This document shows, piece by piece, positions 47,094 through 58,607 of a stretch of DNA of 64,000 nucleotides; positions within the stretch are counted from its first letter, which is position 1, and each line of letters begins with the position of its first letter. Where the stretch lies: contig JAJREF010000002.1 in assembly GCA_047459655.1 (NCBI GenBank), positions 96,001 through 160,000 on the forward strand. The letters are read 5' to 3'. This DNA comes from Rhabdochlamydiaceae bacterium. Lineage in GTDB: Bacteria; Chlamydiota; Chlamydiia; Chlamydiales; Rhabdochlamydiaceae. The notes under the pieces are model-generated. The model ran no database searches and was not told the DNA's origin. It worked only from the letters and a program-made list of their open reading frames with translations. The translations under genes and the position numbers were made by a program.

Positions 47094-48865
47094 TTATAAA
47101 ATTTGAAGTCCAATTTTAAAATACACAATGGTGTCGGAAGATCTAAATTTTTGGGTTAACGGATACCCAGCATCGAGACTAAAGTCAAACCGCCAGGGTC
47201 CATAAATACGAATGCCGGCTCCTGCAGCCGTTAAAATCGGTCGATTCACTTGTGGAACAGCACTCACTTGCTTTTGTCCCTCTGAATTTCTTGTAACCTC
47301 TTTAATTTTATCAACCCCTATCGAAAATGTTTGTCCATGATCGAGAAATCCTACAAAATGCACGAGTTCTCCCCATCTTTTCTTAGACCAAAGAGCTCTG
47401 TGACCTCTTAAAAAAGGAGGTGGCACACGCAGCTCTACATTAAACACAAACCCCTGATCCCCCAATCCTTCTGCTAACTTATATCCACGCACAGTCCCAA
47501 TACCACCAATATAGAACTGCTCAGGAAGGGGAAGTTTATTGAAACTATACTGGCCAAAACCATTGAGAATTAAGACACAATCCCAAGGAAGCTTTTGAAA
47601 TCTTTGCCCACTGCCTCCTAGTTTTATAAACCTTCCACCAGCTCCCTGCCGGCTTGAATCTGAGTCATCAACTTTCATCCCTTGCAAAATATCAGGGATA
47701 CCCCAACTCATGTATCCAGCAAACAGGTTTCTACCCTTCCAATCATCTCTATAATCAATATTCATGCCACCTGTCAATACGCGAAGCTTATCAAACGATG
47801 ACTGCAACCCATTTCCTAAGTTTTGTATCTGCTTATATTCAAACGATGTGAAAAAATCAGTGCTTAATTTTCTAGTACGATGGATGGCCTGTATAAATTT
47901 TCCTGCTGCAATATGGGTCTTCCCTTCAAATTTAATGTCTTGGCCCACATCACCTGTCTTAAAATTGGCCAGCAAGTAAGAAAACTCGAAACCACTGCCC
48001 CTTGTATTCACAGGAATATAGTAAATAGCATCTGTAAAATCTAGACTTGAAATCGGACTCCCAACAACTTCTATCACAGATAGCGTGTCTCCATACCTGA
48101 TCAAGCTACCCCAGTCTAGCTTTGCGCCTGTTCTCATTGTAGAGGTATGATCAGAACCATAATTGTTGGTATCTGAGCAAGGTGGATTGGCCGTGTGTCT
48201 TTAACACGGAGTAGAACATCTGTTGTCCCAAATGAATGCCCCTTCATGAAAATTGCTGCAACTTCTAGGTCCATATTTTCACCTAAGAGGAGCAGCTCTT
48301 TTAGAAACTCGTCATAGTTGATCGCTTTATTGCGAAATCTTTCAAAATAACTCCGAATGAAAGCATCGCTATAATATTTGTTACCTTTGACAGTAATCTC
48401 TCCTAGCTTGCCTTCAAGAATGGCAATTTTGAGCACGCCCCCTTGAAGTTCTTGCGCGGGAGTATAGGCTCTTGTTAAAAAATACCCAGCTTTCACATAT
48501 TTTTTTGGATTAAGACACACATCTCTCTGATTTCTTGCATCGAAAAGCAGATGCCCTAAATAGGGAGCTACTACCTTGAGCAATTCTTTCGTAGAAAAAA
48601 CCTCATGACCAGAAAATGTCACTTCTTCAATCGTAACCTTTTCATCTCCCACATCGAGTTGATCTTCGGGAATATCTATCTCAAGAAGGGGAACTGCCTT
48701 TTCAGCTTCAATTTTGCGCGCTTCATACTCTTGCTCGATTTGCCTTTCGGCAAGCCCTGCTGGAGGAACTCTGGGGTTAGGAAGTGCCCAAGCTAGACTG
48801 GGAAATAAAAAGATAAAACAGATAACCCCCGACTTGAAATATGAAATAGATCTATCGTGTGTCAT
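47094..48865 (-). CDS. TpsB (ShlB/FhaC) transporter (frameshifted)
   Basis: POTRA (YVKAGYFLTRAYTPAQE..GVLKIAILEG); EQFYIGGIGTVRGY motif. Confidence 0.9.
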
Positions 48866-50512
48866 TTTCCAACAAAGCCAGCGCTTCTTGTGCTGAAATT
48901 CTCTTTTGAGGATCAACTTGCAACATCCTTCCTACAATTTTCCATACAATGTCAGTTTCTCCATAATTATCTTGCTGTTTTTTACATAGATTAGCTAGAT
49001 CTTGATCCAACCGCTCTTGTCCGATATTTTCCAATTCACGATCAGGGATATGATAACTTCTTTTAAAACAATCTTGCAAGCAAGGAAGAGGGGGAATATT
49101 CATCTTTGAAACATCAGGAGTTCCCGCCCAATCTGGGAATCCATTTGCAGACCGTGTAGCTTGCTCACCACAGAGCATGGTCAAAACAACAAGCCCGAGC
49201 GCCCATACATCTCCTTTATGAGCATTCTCAAGATTGAACCTCACCACTTGCTCAGAATGGCCTTGTTTCTGAACACAAAATCTGACATATTCCGGAGACC
49301 TAAACCCTGGAGTTCCTGAACAAACACTAGAACATCCAGCTCTATCAAAACCAGATAAAGTTGCCCTCCACTTTCCCTCTTTTTGTACAACAAGAACCGT
49401 ATTACAAGAAATATCGCCATGAAAAAATTGAGAATCTGCTTTGACTTGATCCTTTTGTGGATTTCTGATATTTAACCTCTTTAGGCTGGCGGTGAATATG
49501 AGCAAGTGCAGATAAAAGATCCCCTACAAGAGAGCGTATTTGTTTAGGCTCCATGAGTGGCTTTGTCCTAAATAAATCTGGAAGAGCCCCTTCTGGACAT
49601 CTCGTAATGACCTCCCATTGTTCAGGAGACTCTCCATCTTCTGAGGTCCGATTAATTGCTAAAGGAGGCCTTAATCCCCGTGTTCCTTCCACAACTGTAC
49701 GCAAAAAAGCCCTTCCCTCTTCTGTAGGAGCCTTTCTTCTAAAAAAATACTTTCCATGAGTAAGACTATAACATAAAAGCCCTCCGAGCTTTCCAAAGAC
49801 CCGTTCAGTCATGAGCATGACATCTCGTAATTCCCTGTATTCACTATAGAAAAACCGGAGGGTTAATCCTTGACAAACATCTCTTTCACAAATGAGAAAA
49901 GAACCACTTGCTTGACCAACATTAAGAGACTGTAGAAAGCCATCAAAAACGCCCTCCACCTGACCCTTTATTTGTTCATCTATGTCCAGATCAGATAATT
50001 GAGGCGGCCACACAAGCACCCTTGGGTTAGGGTTCAGGACCTCAGGCTCTTGAGGTCTTATACTAATAGGCTCAGGGAGAATTTTTAAAAAATTTTGCCA
50101 TGTTTCATAGATCGCTCTTTTATACTTTCCACGAGTCTTATCCCCAAGGGTCCTGAGTATTTTTGTGCGGATATTCATTATCCGACTGAACATATCTAAA
50201 GAGGGAGTGTTCTCTTTTTCTTTTTAAAGCATTTAAAACGCCCCTAGCTACCCGGTCAGCACGCACAGAGCCAAGTAAATCAATGCCAAACAATAGAAAA
50301 AAAGGATTTAAAAAAACAAGAGTCCACCACTGTATTCCCCAGCGTCCAACAACCTGTAAGTTCTCATCAATGACAGGAGATCTATAGACCGATACTCCAA
50401 GAAAACGGTGAATGATACCCGCTATGGGAACATAGGGGTTGTTTTTCTCAGTATAAAAAGTTAGCGAACAGTTGCTAATCTCTTACCCAAAACTTATTCC
50501 AGAGGGATCCAT
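48852..50512 (-). CDS. Degenerate Ser/Thr-kinase-like protein (in-frame TAA at codon 10 plus frameshifts)
   Basis: ALAHIH, HGDIS, GTPGFRSPEY, DVWALGLV, MLQVDPQKRISAQEAL. Confidence 0.7.
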
Positions 50513-50530
50513 ATACCCACGAATTAAATA

Positions 50531-50693
50531 ACTCACCTTACGCAAAAAGGATAGGTCATGGAGTATTTGAAAGCTGTTGATAAATCGAATTGCAGAAAAT
50601 GGGTAGTATTGAATGAAATACAACCCAATTTCTGCAATTTGACTTTCAACGCTTTGAAACACTCCATGACCTATCTTTTTGCGTAAGTTGAGT
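50531..50693. mobile_element. Palindromic MITE-like element C2 (163 nt)
   Basis: Same arms as C1 plus a central hairpin; flanks TAAATA / TAAACA. Confidence 0.9.
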
Positions 50694-50787
50694 TAAACAA
50701 AAAAACTTTAACACTCCAGCTTTTTATAGTCGATTAAATTTTGATTTACAACCTTACCTTACGCAACAGGTCTATTTTATTTCTTTA

Positions 50788-50924
50788 GGAACCTCTGTAC
50801 AAGTGCTTTGTCGGAGATTGCTGATCAATTTTTCGAAGATGACGATTTTGGAAAACGCAGCTAACATACAGAATGTTAGCGAGTTTGAAAAATAGACAGC
50901 AAGATTCGGCAAATGACTTGTACA
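50788..50924. mobile_element. Palindromic element B3 (internal deletion, eroded right end)
   Basis: GGAACCTCTGTACAAGT...ACTTGTACA, body collinear with B2. Confidence 0.87.
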
Positions 50925-50928
50925 AGCC

Positions 50929-51314
50929 CTAAGGTAAAAATCTCCCTTTAGAGAAGGCAACATCTTGAAAAGATATTTTCTTGAAAAACAAATGCCTGAA
51001 AGAGGCGATAAGACGATACAAAAGATCGATAAAAGGAATCACATAAAGCCACCCCACCCACCTCCATTTTCCGCTAAAGGAGCCATACTGTGCGAAAAAC
51101 GGCCTTCCCCACGCAACCACCTCCTTCCTTCAGGAGCCTCAACTAAAACCATCGTACTTTTATCAAAGTGAGCGTGCAGATGCCTACGCGCCGTCTGTCC
51201 GGAAAGAGGAGCAAATAAAAATTGTCTTTTTTTATCGTGGTGTAAAATCCACATCACAGCATTCTGACAAAGCCCACAGGTATCATCAAAAAAAATAAGG
51301 TGATGAGATTTTAT
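50929..51314 (-). CDS. DCC-family (DUF393) thiol-disulfide oxidoreductase, frameshifted, start uncertain
   Basis: LIFFDDTCGLC, FLFAPLSG, DLLYRLIASFR. Confidence 0.8.
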
Positions 51315-53084
51315 AATAAGGTAACCTCTGGAAGCTTTTTCTTGATTGCGTCAAATTGTTTAGCTAGCTCCAGGACTTCTTCTTCACTCAACTTTCCACC
51401 ATGGATTTTAGCCTTAATAGTCTCCCTATCTTCCATCCACTGCCTTTGAAGGATTTTTCGAACCGCCTCGATAACCCCCTCTTCTGCTTTCTGTAGATTG
51501 ACTTTTCTTTGCATGATCTCTGACAAAATGGTTTGATCATCCTCCTTCTCAAGGCAAGTTGAAAAAAGGATAAAATCAAGAGCAGCACTCTCTGTCTGTA
51601 AGCAAAGCTCGTAGAGTCTACGACAAAGTGGCGTACGAAAATGGGTGGGCTGCAGATTCACTCTAATAATTTCTAAAAGTTTAGGCGTTGTTTGCCCTGC
51701 AAGCACGATCCAACGGAGGAGGTCTGCTTCTAAAATTCTATCAGGGTCAACTAAGGAGCGGGAGGCTTTCTCAGAACGCTTCATAGGAGCCATATGGAGA
51801 ACATCAACCCCAATCAGAGATTCAGGGATCCCCACAAGATCTGCGACTCTCCGTAAACTCTCATGCACCATGATGGGCTGATCCCATGCTTTGATGCGCC
51901 TTGTTACCATCTCGACAAGCTCACTCTTTCCAGACGGCGACTCGAGGTTGACCGTTTTAGAAAGATGAGCTACCAAAAAAGTTAAATAATCTCGTGATTC
52001 TTCTAGAAGTTTAACAAAGGCTTTAGGCCCTTCTTCCTTTAAAAAAGAGTCAGGATCTTTTCCTTCTGGGATAGGAACAACGGAGACTTCTACTCCCTTT
52101 TTCTGAAAGATATCTCCTATTTTTACCATTGCTTCTTGTCCCGCTGTATCTCCATCCAGCGCTAAAAAGACATGATGTACCCCTAAATTACAAAGCTCTT
52201 GCGCATGCCCCTCTCCAAAAGCCGTTCCCTGACCTGCCACCGTAAAATTAAACCCTGTATGGATCAGCCGCAGTGCATCAATCTGCCCCTCTACGATGAT
52301 TGCTTTCCGATCTTTGGCAATCCGTTTTCTAGAGTAACTCAGCCCAAACAACACCTGAGACTTTTTAAAAAGAGGCGTCTCTGCTGTATTGATGTACTTA
52401 CCTCCAAATGTCTCTTCCTTGATCTTACGCGCTGAAAAACCAATCACAGATCCGAGCGCGTCACGAATGGGAAAGGTAATCCTCTCGGAAAAAAAGTCCC
52501 GTTTGCGGCCACTTTCTGTGACCAACATAAGCCCTGCCTGTTCCAAAACAATATCTGGTATTCCTTCTGCTTTCATCACTTGTTGGAATAGCTCTTTGGC
52601 AATAGGGGCATACCCCACCTCGAAAAATCGAATAAAATCAAGGTCGATACCCCGATCATCAGAGATAGTGCAAAGCCTTTTGCCCTTCCTCGGTATAAAG
52701 GAGAGCAAAATGATAAAATCTAGATGCTTTTTGGAGCGCTTCTTTCAGCTGCGTTTTAGAAGGCCCCGATCTTTTAGCGCCTGCCTCCTCTTTTTCTAGA
52801 TGCACTCCAAAGCGATCCGCCAAATGCTCAATAGCATCAGAAAAGCTCATCTTGAGATGAGACATCAAAAAAGCAATCGCATCGCCATGCGCCCCACATC
52901 CAAAACAGTGGTAGTGCGTATCCCCCTTTTGCATCACGAAAGAAGGCGTTTTCTCCTCATGAAAAGGGCACAGCGCTTTGTAAGATGCCCCTGCTCTTTT
53001 TAAATTTATGTGGGAAGATAAAACCTCTGCCAGATCAATTTTCTGTTTTAAAGTGTCTAAACTCTCTTTTTTATATAATGCCAC
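51311..53084 (-). CDS. dnaG: DNA primase (frameshift near 52660)
   Basis: CPFHEEKTPSF..CFGC zinc finger, KYINT, VEGQID, DGDTAG, KDPD. Confidence 0.96.
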
Positions 53085-53469
53085 TAGACCTCTGAATTTT
53101 CTTCTTAGAATGATGTTTTTTATCTGCTAGCATCTTCTCTTTTGAACGCCGTGATCTACGTCTTTTTTGCCTTTTGATCTTTTCTCTTGCTTGCTGTTTT
53201 TGCGACTTGATACCCTGAACCTGTTCCTCTAGCTGCTCACATAATTTACGCCGTGCGAAAAACCGGTTCATCTCTCTTGAACGATCCTGCTGGCACTTGA
53301 CTTCAATCCCCGTTGGAAGATGTTTCAGATACACACACGATGAGGTCTTATTGATTTTCTGTCCACCGCTACCGGAACCCAAAATAAATTTTTCAATCAA
53401 ATCTTCCTCTTTGATTCCCAGACGATCCATCCTATCTCTCAGAGCATCTTCCCGATTTTTTTGAATCAT
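53071..53469 (-). CDS. Stand-alone GGQ peptidyl-tRNA hydrolase (ArfB-like ribosome rescue factor)
   Basis: GSGSGGQKINKT, CQQDRSREMNR, basic C-terminal tail. Confidence 0.85.
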   Translation of the reverse strand: MIQKNREDALRDRMDRLGIKEEDLIEKFILGSGSGGQKINKTSSCVYLKHLPTGIEVKCQQDRSREMNRFFARRKLCEQLEEQVQGIKSQKQQAREKIKRQKRRRSRRSKEKMLADKKHHSKKKIQRSSGII

Positions 53470-53520
53470 AGCTTATCTTTCTTCTTGAATTTTCTCTCAA
53501 TGTAGCCGATAATTTCTCGT

Positions 53521-55938
53521 ATGTCCACAGATCTTAAATTATCACCAATGATGCTTCAATGGCAAGAGTGTAAAAAAAATGCCAAAGGAGCGCTCTTACT
53601 TTTTCGCTTGGGAGATTTCTATGAAACTTTTGAAGAAGACGCTGTAACACTCTCCAAAGAACTAGATATTGTCCTCACTAAAAGGCAAGAAACCCCCATG
53701 GCTGGCATCCCCGCCCATGCTTGTGATAATTACCTCGACAGACTCTTAGCGAAGGGATATAGAGTTGCCATCGCAGAACAGATGGAAGATCCCAAAGCAA
53801 CAAAAGGTCTCGTCAAAAGAGCTATTGTGAGAACTATCACGCCAGGAACAGTGATCAACTCTAACCTACTTTCTGATAAAACCTCAAATTTTCTTGCAGC
53901 CATTACCCAAGTCAATACGATCTTTGGTCTTGCCATACTCGATGTGACAACAGCTGACTTCCGCGTACTTGAGTGTGAAAATGAAACTGAACTCCTAGAT
54001 GAACTCTCTCGACTCCAACCCAAAGAACTTTTAATCTCTCAAAAGTGCGCCAAAAATCTCTCTCAAATTTTTACCTGCTCAAAAGAAATCAGAGAAGAGT
54101 GGCATTTTGATCATCAAACATCTACAGAAAGGCTCCTATCGCACTTTCGCGTGCATAGTTTAGATAGCTTTGGCCTTAAAGGGATGATAGCTGCCATCAA
54201 TGCTGCAGGAGCTCTCCTTGCCTATGTAAAAGACGACTTAAATCTCTCTCTAGATCATGTGCGAGCGCTCCATCCAAGAACGCTCTCCTCTTACATGTCT
54301 ATTGATAGAGCTACACAAAGACACCTTGAGCTCACAGAACCTCTCCATGATAAGGGAGTGACCCTTCTTGACATTCTTGATCAGACAATTACCCCCATGG
54401 GAGCGCGCCTCTTAAAAGAATGGCTCTTACATCCCTTGCTTTCTGTCTCTACCATTAATGCCCGCTATGATCTCATCGACACTTTTTTACGCCATCCAGA
54501 AGAAACTCTAGTTCTTTCCCACTCTCTAAAAGAAATCCGCGATATAGAACGCTTAATCATGCGGATTGAAACAGGATTTGCCTCTCCACGAGACCTCGTA
54601 GGGCTCCGTTTTTCCCTAGAGCCCCTTCCTAAGATATCAACTATTCTATCATCTCTTGGCATGGAGACTCTCCCCGATCTCTCTCTTATCACCTCTAAAA
54701 TTAGAGACGCTCTTGTTGAAGCGCCCCCCCTGAGGTTAAGTGAAGGGGGCATTTTTAAATCAGAGTACCACGCTCCCCTAGATGAACTGCGAGCGCTGAA
54801 ATCCGATAGCCAAGCCTGGGTGCTCACCTATCAAGCCAGGCTGAGAGAGCTCACCCAAATCAAAACCCTCAAAGTAGGCTATACCCATGCCTTTGGCTAC
54901 TATATCGAAGTCAGCCGCGGCCAATCTGAAAAAATGCCTCCAGAATTCCAGCGAAAACAAACCCTTATCAATGCTGAGAGATTCACATCGCAAGAACTCA
55001 AAGAATTCGAGCATAAAATTTTAAGCGCAGAAAGCATGATTCTCTCTCTTGAAAATGAACTCTTCTTCTCCCTCCGTCAAGAGATTACAGGCTATAGAGA
55101 CACCATCTGCAAAGCAGCTAAAATCATTGCATGCACCGATGTAATTCTTTCTCTTGCTAAAGTAGCTAGGGATAGCCACTATACCCGCCCCCTTCTAGAT
55201 GAAAGCGATCATTTCATGATCACAGATGGTAGGCACCCTGTCATTGAAGCCTCTCTCCAAGGAGAAACTTTCATCCCCAATAATCTTCTATTAGATGAAC
55301 AAAAAAATCGCCTACTCATCATCACCGGCCCCAACATGGCAGGAAAATCGACTTATATCCGGCAAGTTGCCCTCATTGCCATCATGGCACAAATGGGCTC
55401 CTTTGTTCCCGCTTCCAAGGTATCCCTTGGTATCATCGATAAAGTCTTTACCCGCATCGGCGCAAGCGATGATCTATCAAGAGGTCAGTCGACTTTTATG
55501 GTGGAAATGTCAGAGACAGCCCATATCTTGCACAATGCAACCTCAAAATCTCTCGTCATTTTGGATGAAATCGGAAGAGGCACGAGCACTTACGACGGAA
55601 TCGCAATTGCCTGGGCCGTTGCAGAGCACCTACTATGCACAAAAAAAGCTAAAACCCTCTTTGCCACCCATTACTGGGAGCTCACCCGCCTTGCTGCTGA
55701 GTACATAGGGGCTGTTAACTTCAACATCGCTGTCCATGAGTCTCCAAACGGGATTGTATTCCTCCATAAAATCGTAGCTGGAGGCACCGACAAAAGCTAC
55801 GGTATTCATGTTGCCAAACTAGCAGGACTCCCCTTCTCTGTGATCAAACAAGCAGAAACCATGCTCCTCAAACTCCACTCTCCTGTTAAAGTCAAAAACC
55901 CCTTACCAAAACAAGAGCTCCAGCTTGAACTTTTCTAA
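53521..55938 (+). CDS. mutS: DNA mismatch repair protein MutS
   Basis: FRLGDFYE, TGPNMAGKSTY, STFMVEM, DEIGRGTST, SYGIHVA. Confidence 0.97.
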   Translation: MSTDLKLSPMMLQWQECKKNAKGALLLFRLGDFYETFEEDAVTLSKELDIVLTKRQETPMAGIPAHACDNYLDRLLAKGYRVAIAEQMEDPKATKGLVKRAIVRTITPGTVINSNLLSDKTSNFLAAITQVNTIFGLAILDVTTADFRVLECENETELLDELSRLQPKELLISQKCAKNLSQIFTCSKEIREEWHFDHQTSTERLLSHFRVHSLDSFGLKGMIAAINAAGALLAYVKDDLNLSLDHVRALHPRTLSSYMSIDRATQRHLELTEPLHDKGVTLLDILDQTITPMGARLLKEWLLHPLLSVSTINARYDLIDTFLRHPEETLVLSHSLKEIRDIERLIMRIETGFASPRDLVGLRFSLEPLPKISTILSSLGMETLPDLSLITSKIRDALVEAPPLRLSEGGIFKSEYHAPLDELRALKSDSQAWVLTYQARLRELTQIKTLKVGYTHAFGYYIEVSRGQSEKMPPEFQRKQTLINAERFTSQELKEFEHKILSAESMILSLENELFFSLRQEITGYRDTICKAAKIIACTDVILSLAKVARDSHYTRPLLDESDHFMITDGRHPVIEASLQGETFIPNNLLLDEQKNRLLIITGPNMAGKSTYIRQVALIAIMAQMGSFVPASKVSLGIIDKVFTRIGASDDLSRGQSTFMVEMSETAHILHNATSKSLVILDEIGRGTSTYDGIAIAWAVAEHLLCTKKAKTLFATHYWELTRLAAEYIGAVNFNIAVHESPNGIVFLHKIVAGGTDKSYGIHVAKLAGLPFSVIKQAETMLLKLHSPVKVKNPLPKQELQLELF

Positions 55939-57708
55939 TTTTCCGACAGATAGCGGCGTCTACCTCATGAAAAATGCAGAAGGTACCGTTATTTATGTTG
56001 GAAAGGCTAAAAATTTAAAAACGCGTATCCAACAATATTTCTCTCCCGGAAGAGATGAAAGAGCCATGGTCCCTTTCCTCACAGCAGAAGTCACACATAT
56101 TGATACCCTCGTCGTCTTCAATGAAAAAGAAGCCCTTTTGCTTGAAAATACCCTCATCAAAAAGCACCAGCCCAAATTCAACGTTCTATTGAAAGATGAT
56201 AAAACCTTCATCCACCTGATGATCAACCACAAAAGCCCCTGGCCACGCATCCAACTCATCCGCTTCAAAGGGAAACGCTCCAAAGATGCGCTCTACTTTG
56301 GACCCTACACCAATGCTCTTGCAGCCCGTCATACCTTCGATCTCTTAGCCAAGCTCTTCCCCCTCCGCCAATGTTCCGATGAAGAACTGAAAAGAAGAAA
56401 AAGACCCTGCCTGCTCTACTCCATCAAGCGCTGCATTGCCCCTTGCATCCAAAAATGTACCCACGATGAATATAACACCTACGTCAAAGGTGCCATCAAC
56501 TTCCTTAAAGGAAATGACAAAACCATCCTCAAAGAACTACAAGCAGCCATGAAACTTGCTTCCTCCAATCTAGAGTTTGAAAAGGCAGCCGCTCTTCTCC
56601 AGACCATCCGTCAGATCGAGCATGTCACAGCAGGTCGAGGGGTTGTCACCGAAGCAGGGCAAAAAAACTGCGACGTCTTTTCCCTGTACAGGCAAGGCGA
56701 CACCGTCATGCTAGCTCAACTCTTCTTCCGAGAGGGCAGCTTAACCGGCGCAGAACACTATTTTTTCTCTCACGTTGCTCAGACTGACACAGAGCTCCTC
56801 TCCTCTTTCTCTTACAGCTCTATCAACAAGAGCTACACATGCCAGAAGAAATCATCCTTCCACTTTCTCTCCCTGAAGCACCCCTGCTTTCCGAAATCCT
56901 ATCCACCCACATCCTCCACCCCAAAATAGGACAAAAGAAAAAACTCTTAGCTCTTGCACATAAGAATGCCAAATCCCTCTTCGACAAAGAAAAAAATCAA
57001 GCAGACATGACAGAAAAAATGCTCCTTGACCTCCAAGAAAAACTCCACCTCAACCGCTACCCTCAACGCATCGAGTGTTTTGACATCTCCAACATCTCTG
57101 GAACAGACCTCGTGGCTTCCATGATCGTCTTTACGAGCGGAGAAAAAGACAGAAAGCGCACCCGCCTCTTCAAAATCAAAAACATCGCCAAAAACGACGA
57201 CTACGCCGCCATGCACCAAGTCCTCTCTCGCCGCCTCATCCGCGGCAAAGAAGAAAACGACCTCCCCGACCTCATCATTGTCGACGGTGGCAAAGGACAG
57301 CTCTCAACTGCTCTGGATGTCCTCCGCGAACTCGATATCGTTACCATCGACCTCATTTCCCTTGCTAAAGAAGACAGCCGCCATGACAAAGGCATGACCA
57401 AAGAAAGAGTCTTTATCCCCTACCAAAGCGACCCCATTACCCTCGACGACAGATCTCCCCTTCTCTTCTTCCTACAAAAAATCCGTGACGAGACCCATAC
57501 AAAAGCCATCTCCTTTCATCGCAAGCAAAGATCCAAGCGCACGCTCGCAAGCTCCCTCGACTCCCTCCCCGGCATCGGCCCCATCAAGAAAAAGCGCTTA
57601 CTACAACATTTTGGAAGCCCTGCAAAGATTAAGGCTGCCTCAGCCGAACAGTTACTGAAAGTGCAAGGTATTACTCATAAAGATGTAGATATACTTAAAA
57701 GATCCTAG
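55925..57708 (+). CDS. uvrC: Excinuclease ABC subunit C (frameshift near 56805)
   Basis: GVY..YVGKAKNL GIY-YIG, ECFDISN, DGGKGQL, HhH PGIGP. Confidence 0.96.
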
Positions 57709-57732
57709 AAAAATCTTTTGCGTGTAAAAATA

Positions 57733-58598
57733 TTACGTCTGTAAGGTGGCTTTTTTATACTCTTTCCCCTCGTATATCCAACCAATGCTCCTATAGTACT
57801 TTTGATTATCTCTGATATAGGCAGGAAAGGTGTCATCCAGAGGCACTATTCTACAATATGCTTCCATATATGTATCCATAGCTTTCTGTGTTTTATTTTC
57901 TGGCAAATCACTTTCTTGATGAGAAAAAGCCTCTAATTTTTCAATTTGCACTTTTAACCCTCCTATGCTGGTGAAGTGCCAACCAGCATCAGGAATGCAA
58001 GGATATAGCAACTTAATGTCTCCATTTACGCTAAGCCCATCACTACCCACTCTTAACTCTTCTGGACCTATCTTGCTTAAATATTGAAAAGTTGTTGCAC
58101 AGGTCCCAACCCATATACAAGGATCTTTTACATTCAAGTAAAAGCGATATATTGGCTGATCACAAACCACTACTTCTTCTTCATGTGAAGAAATAAGTTG
58201 AACAATCTTTGGTATCACAGATCCCCTGACAATCTCATCTACATCCGAAATAAATACAATATCCTCTGGCACGCAGTCTTTTAATCCTCTCATAATTTGA
58301 TTACGTTGAAAGGCTTCTCTTACCCACGGATTGGTTGTGTCCTGTCTTTCTTCCAAAACAACATGAATAATTTTGTCGGAAAACTGTTTATACCTCTCGC
58401 GATTTTCTTGGTAAAATAAAGGCTTAGGCTTTCCTCTAAATGTTTCAACGGATTCTACAATCACGAATTTATCCACATACTCATACATCTCATGTAGCCT
58501 TATATCTAAAATTTCCAATTCGTTAAAAAAAGGAACCCGTCGTAAATGTGAGCATATCCACGAACTATAAAAATCAAAAAAAATACCACATATCGCAT
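57733..58598 (-). CDS. GT17 (MGAT3-like) glycosyltransferase with hydrophobic N-terminus (5' frameshift)
   Basis: FFNELEILDIRL, FVIVES..TF.GKPKPL, EAFQRN, SDVDEI, GWHFT. Confidence 0.85.
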
Positions 58599-58607
58599 AT
58601 AAAACCT

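Noticed and set aside
11567..50924. CRISPR array or integron attC cassettes as the explanation for the repeats
   Set aside because: Copies are dispersed, have no spacers, flank housekeeping genes, lack GTTRRRY cassette organisation, and no cas or integrase gene is present.
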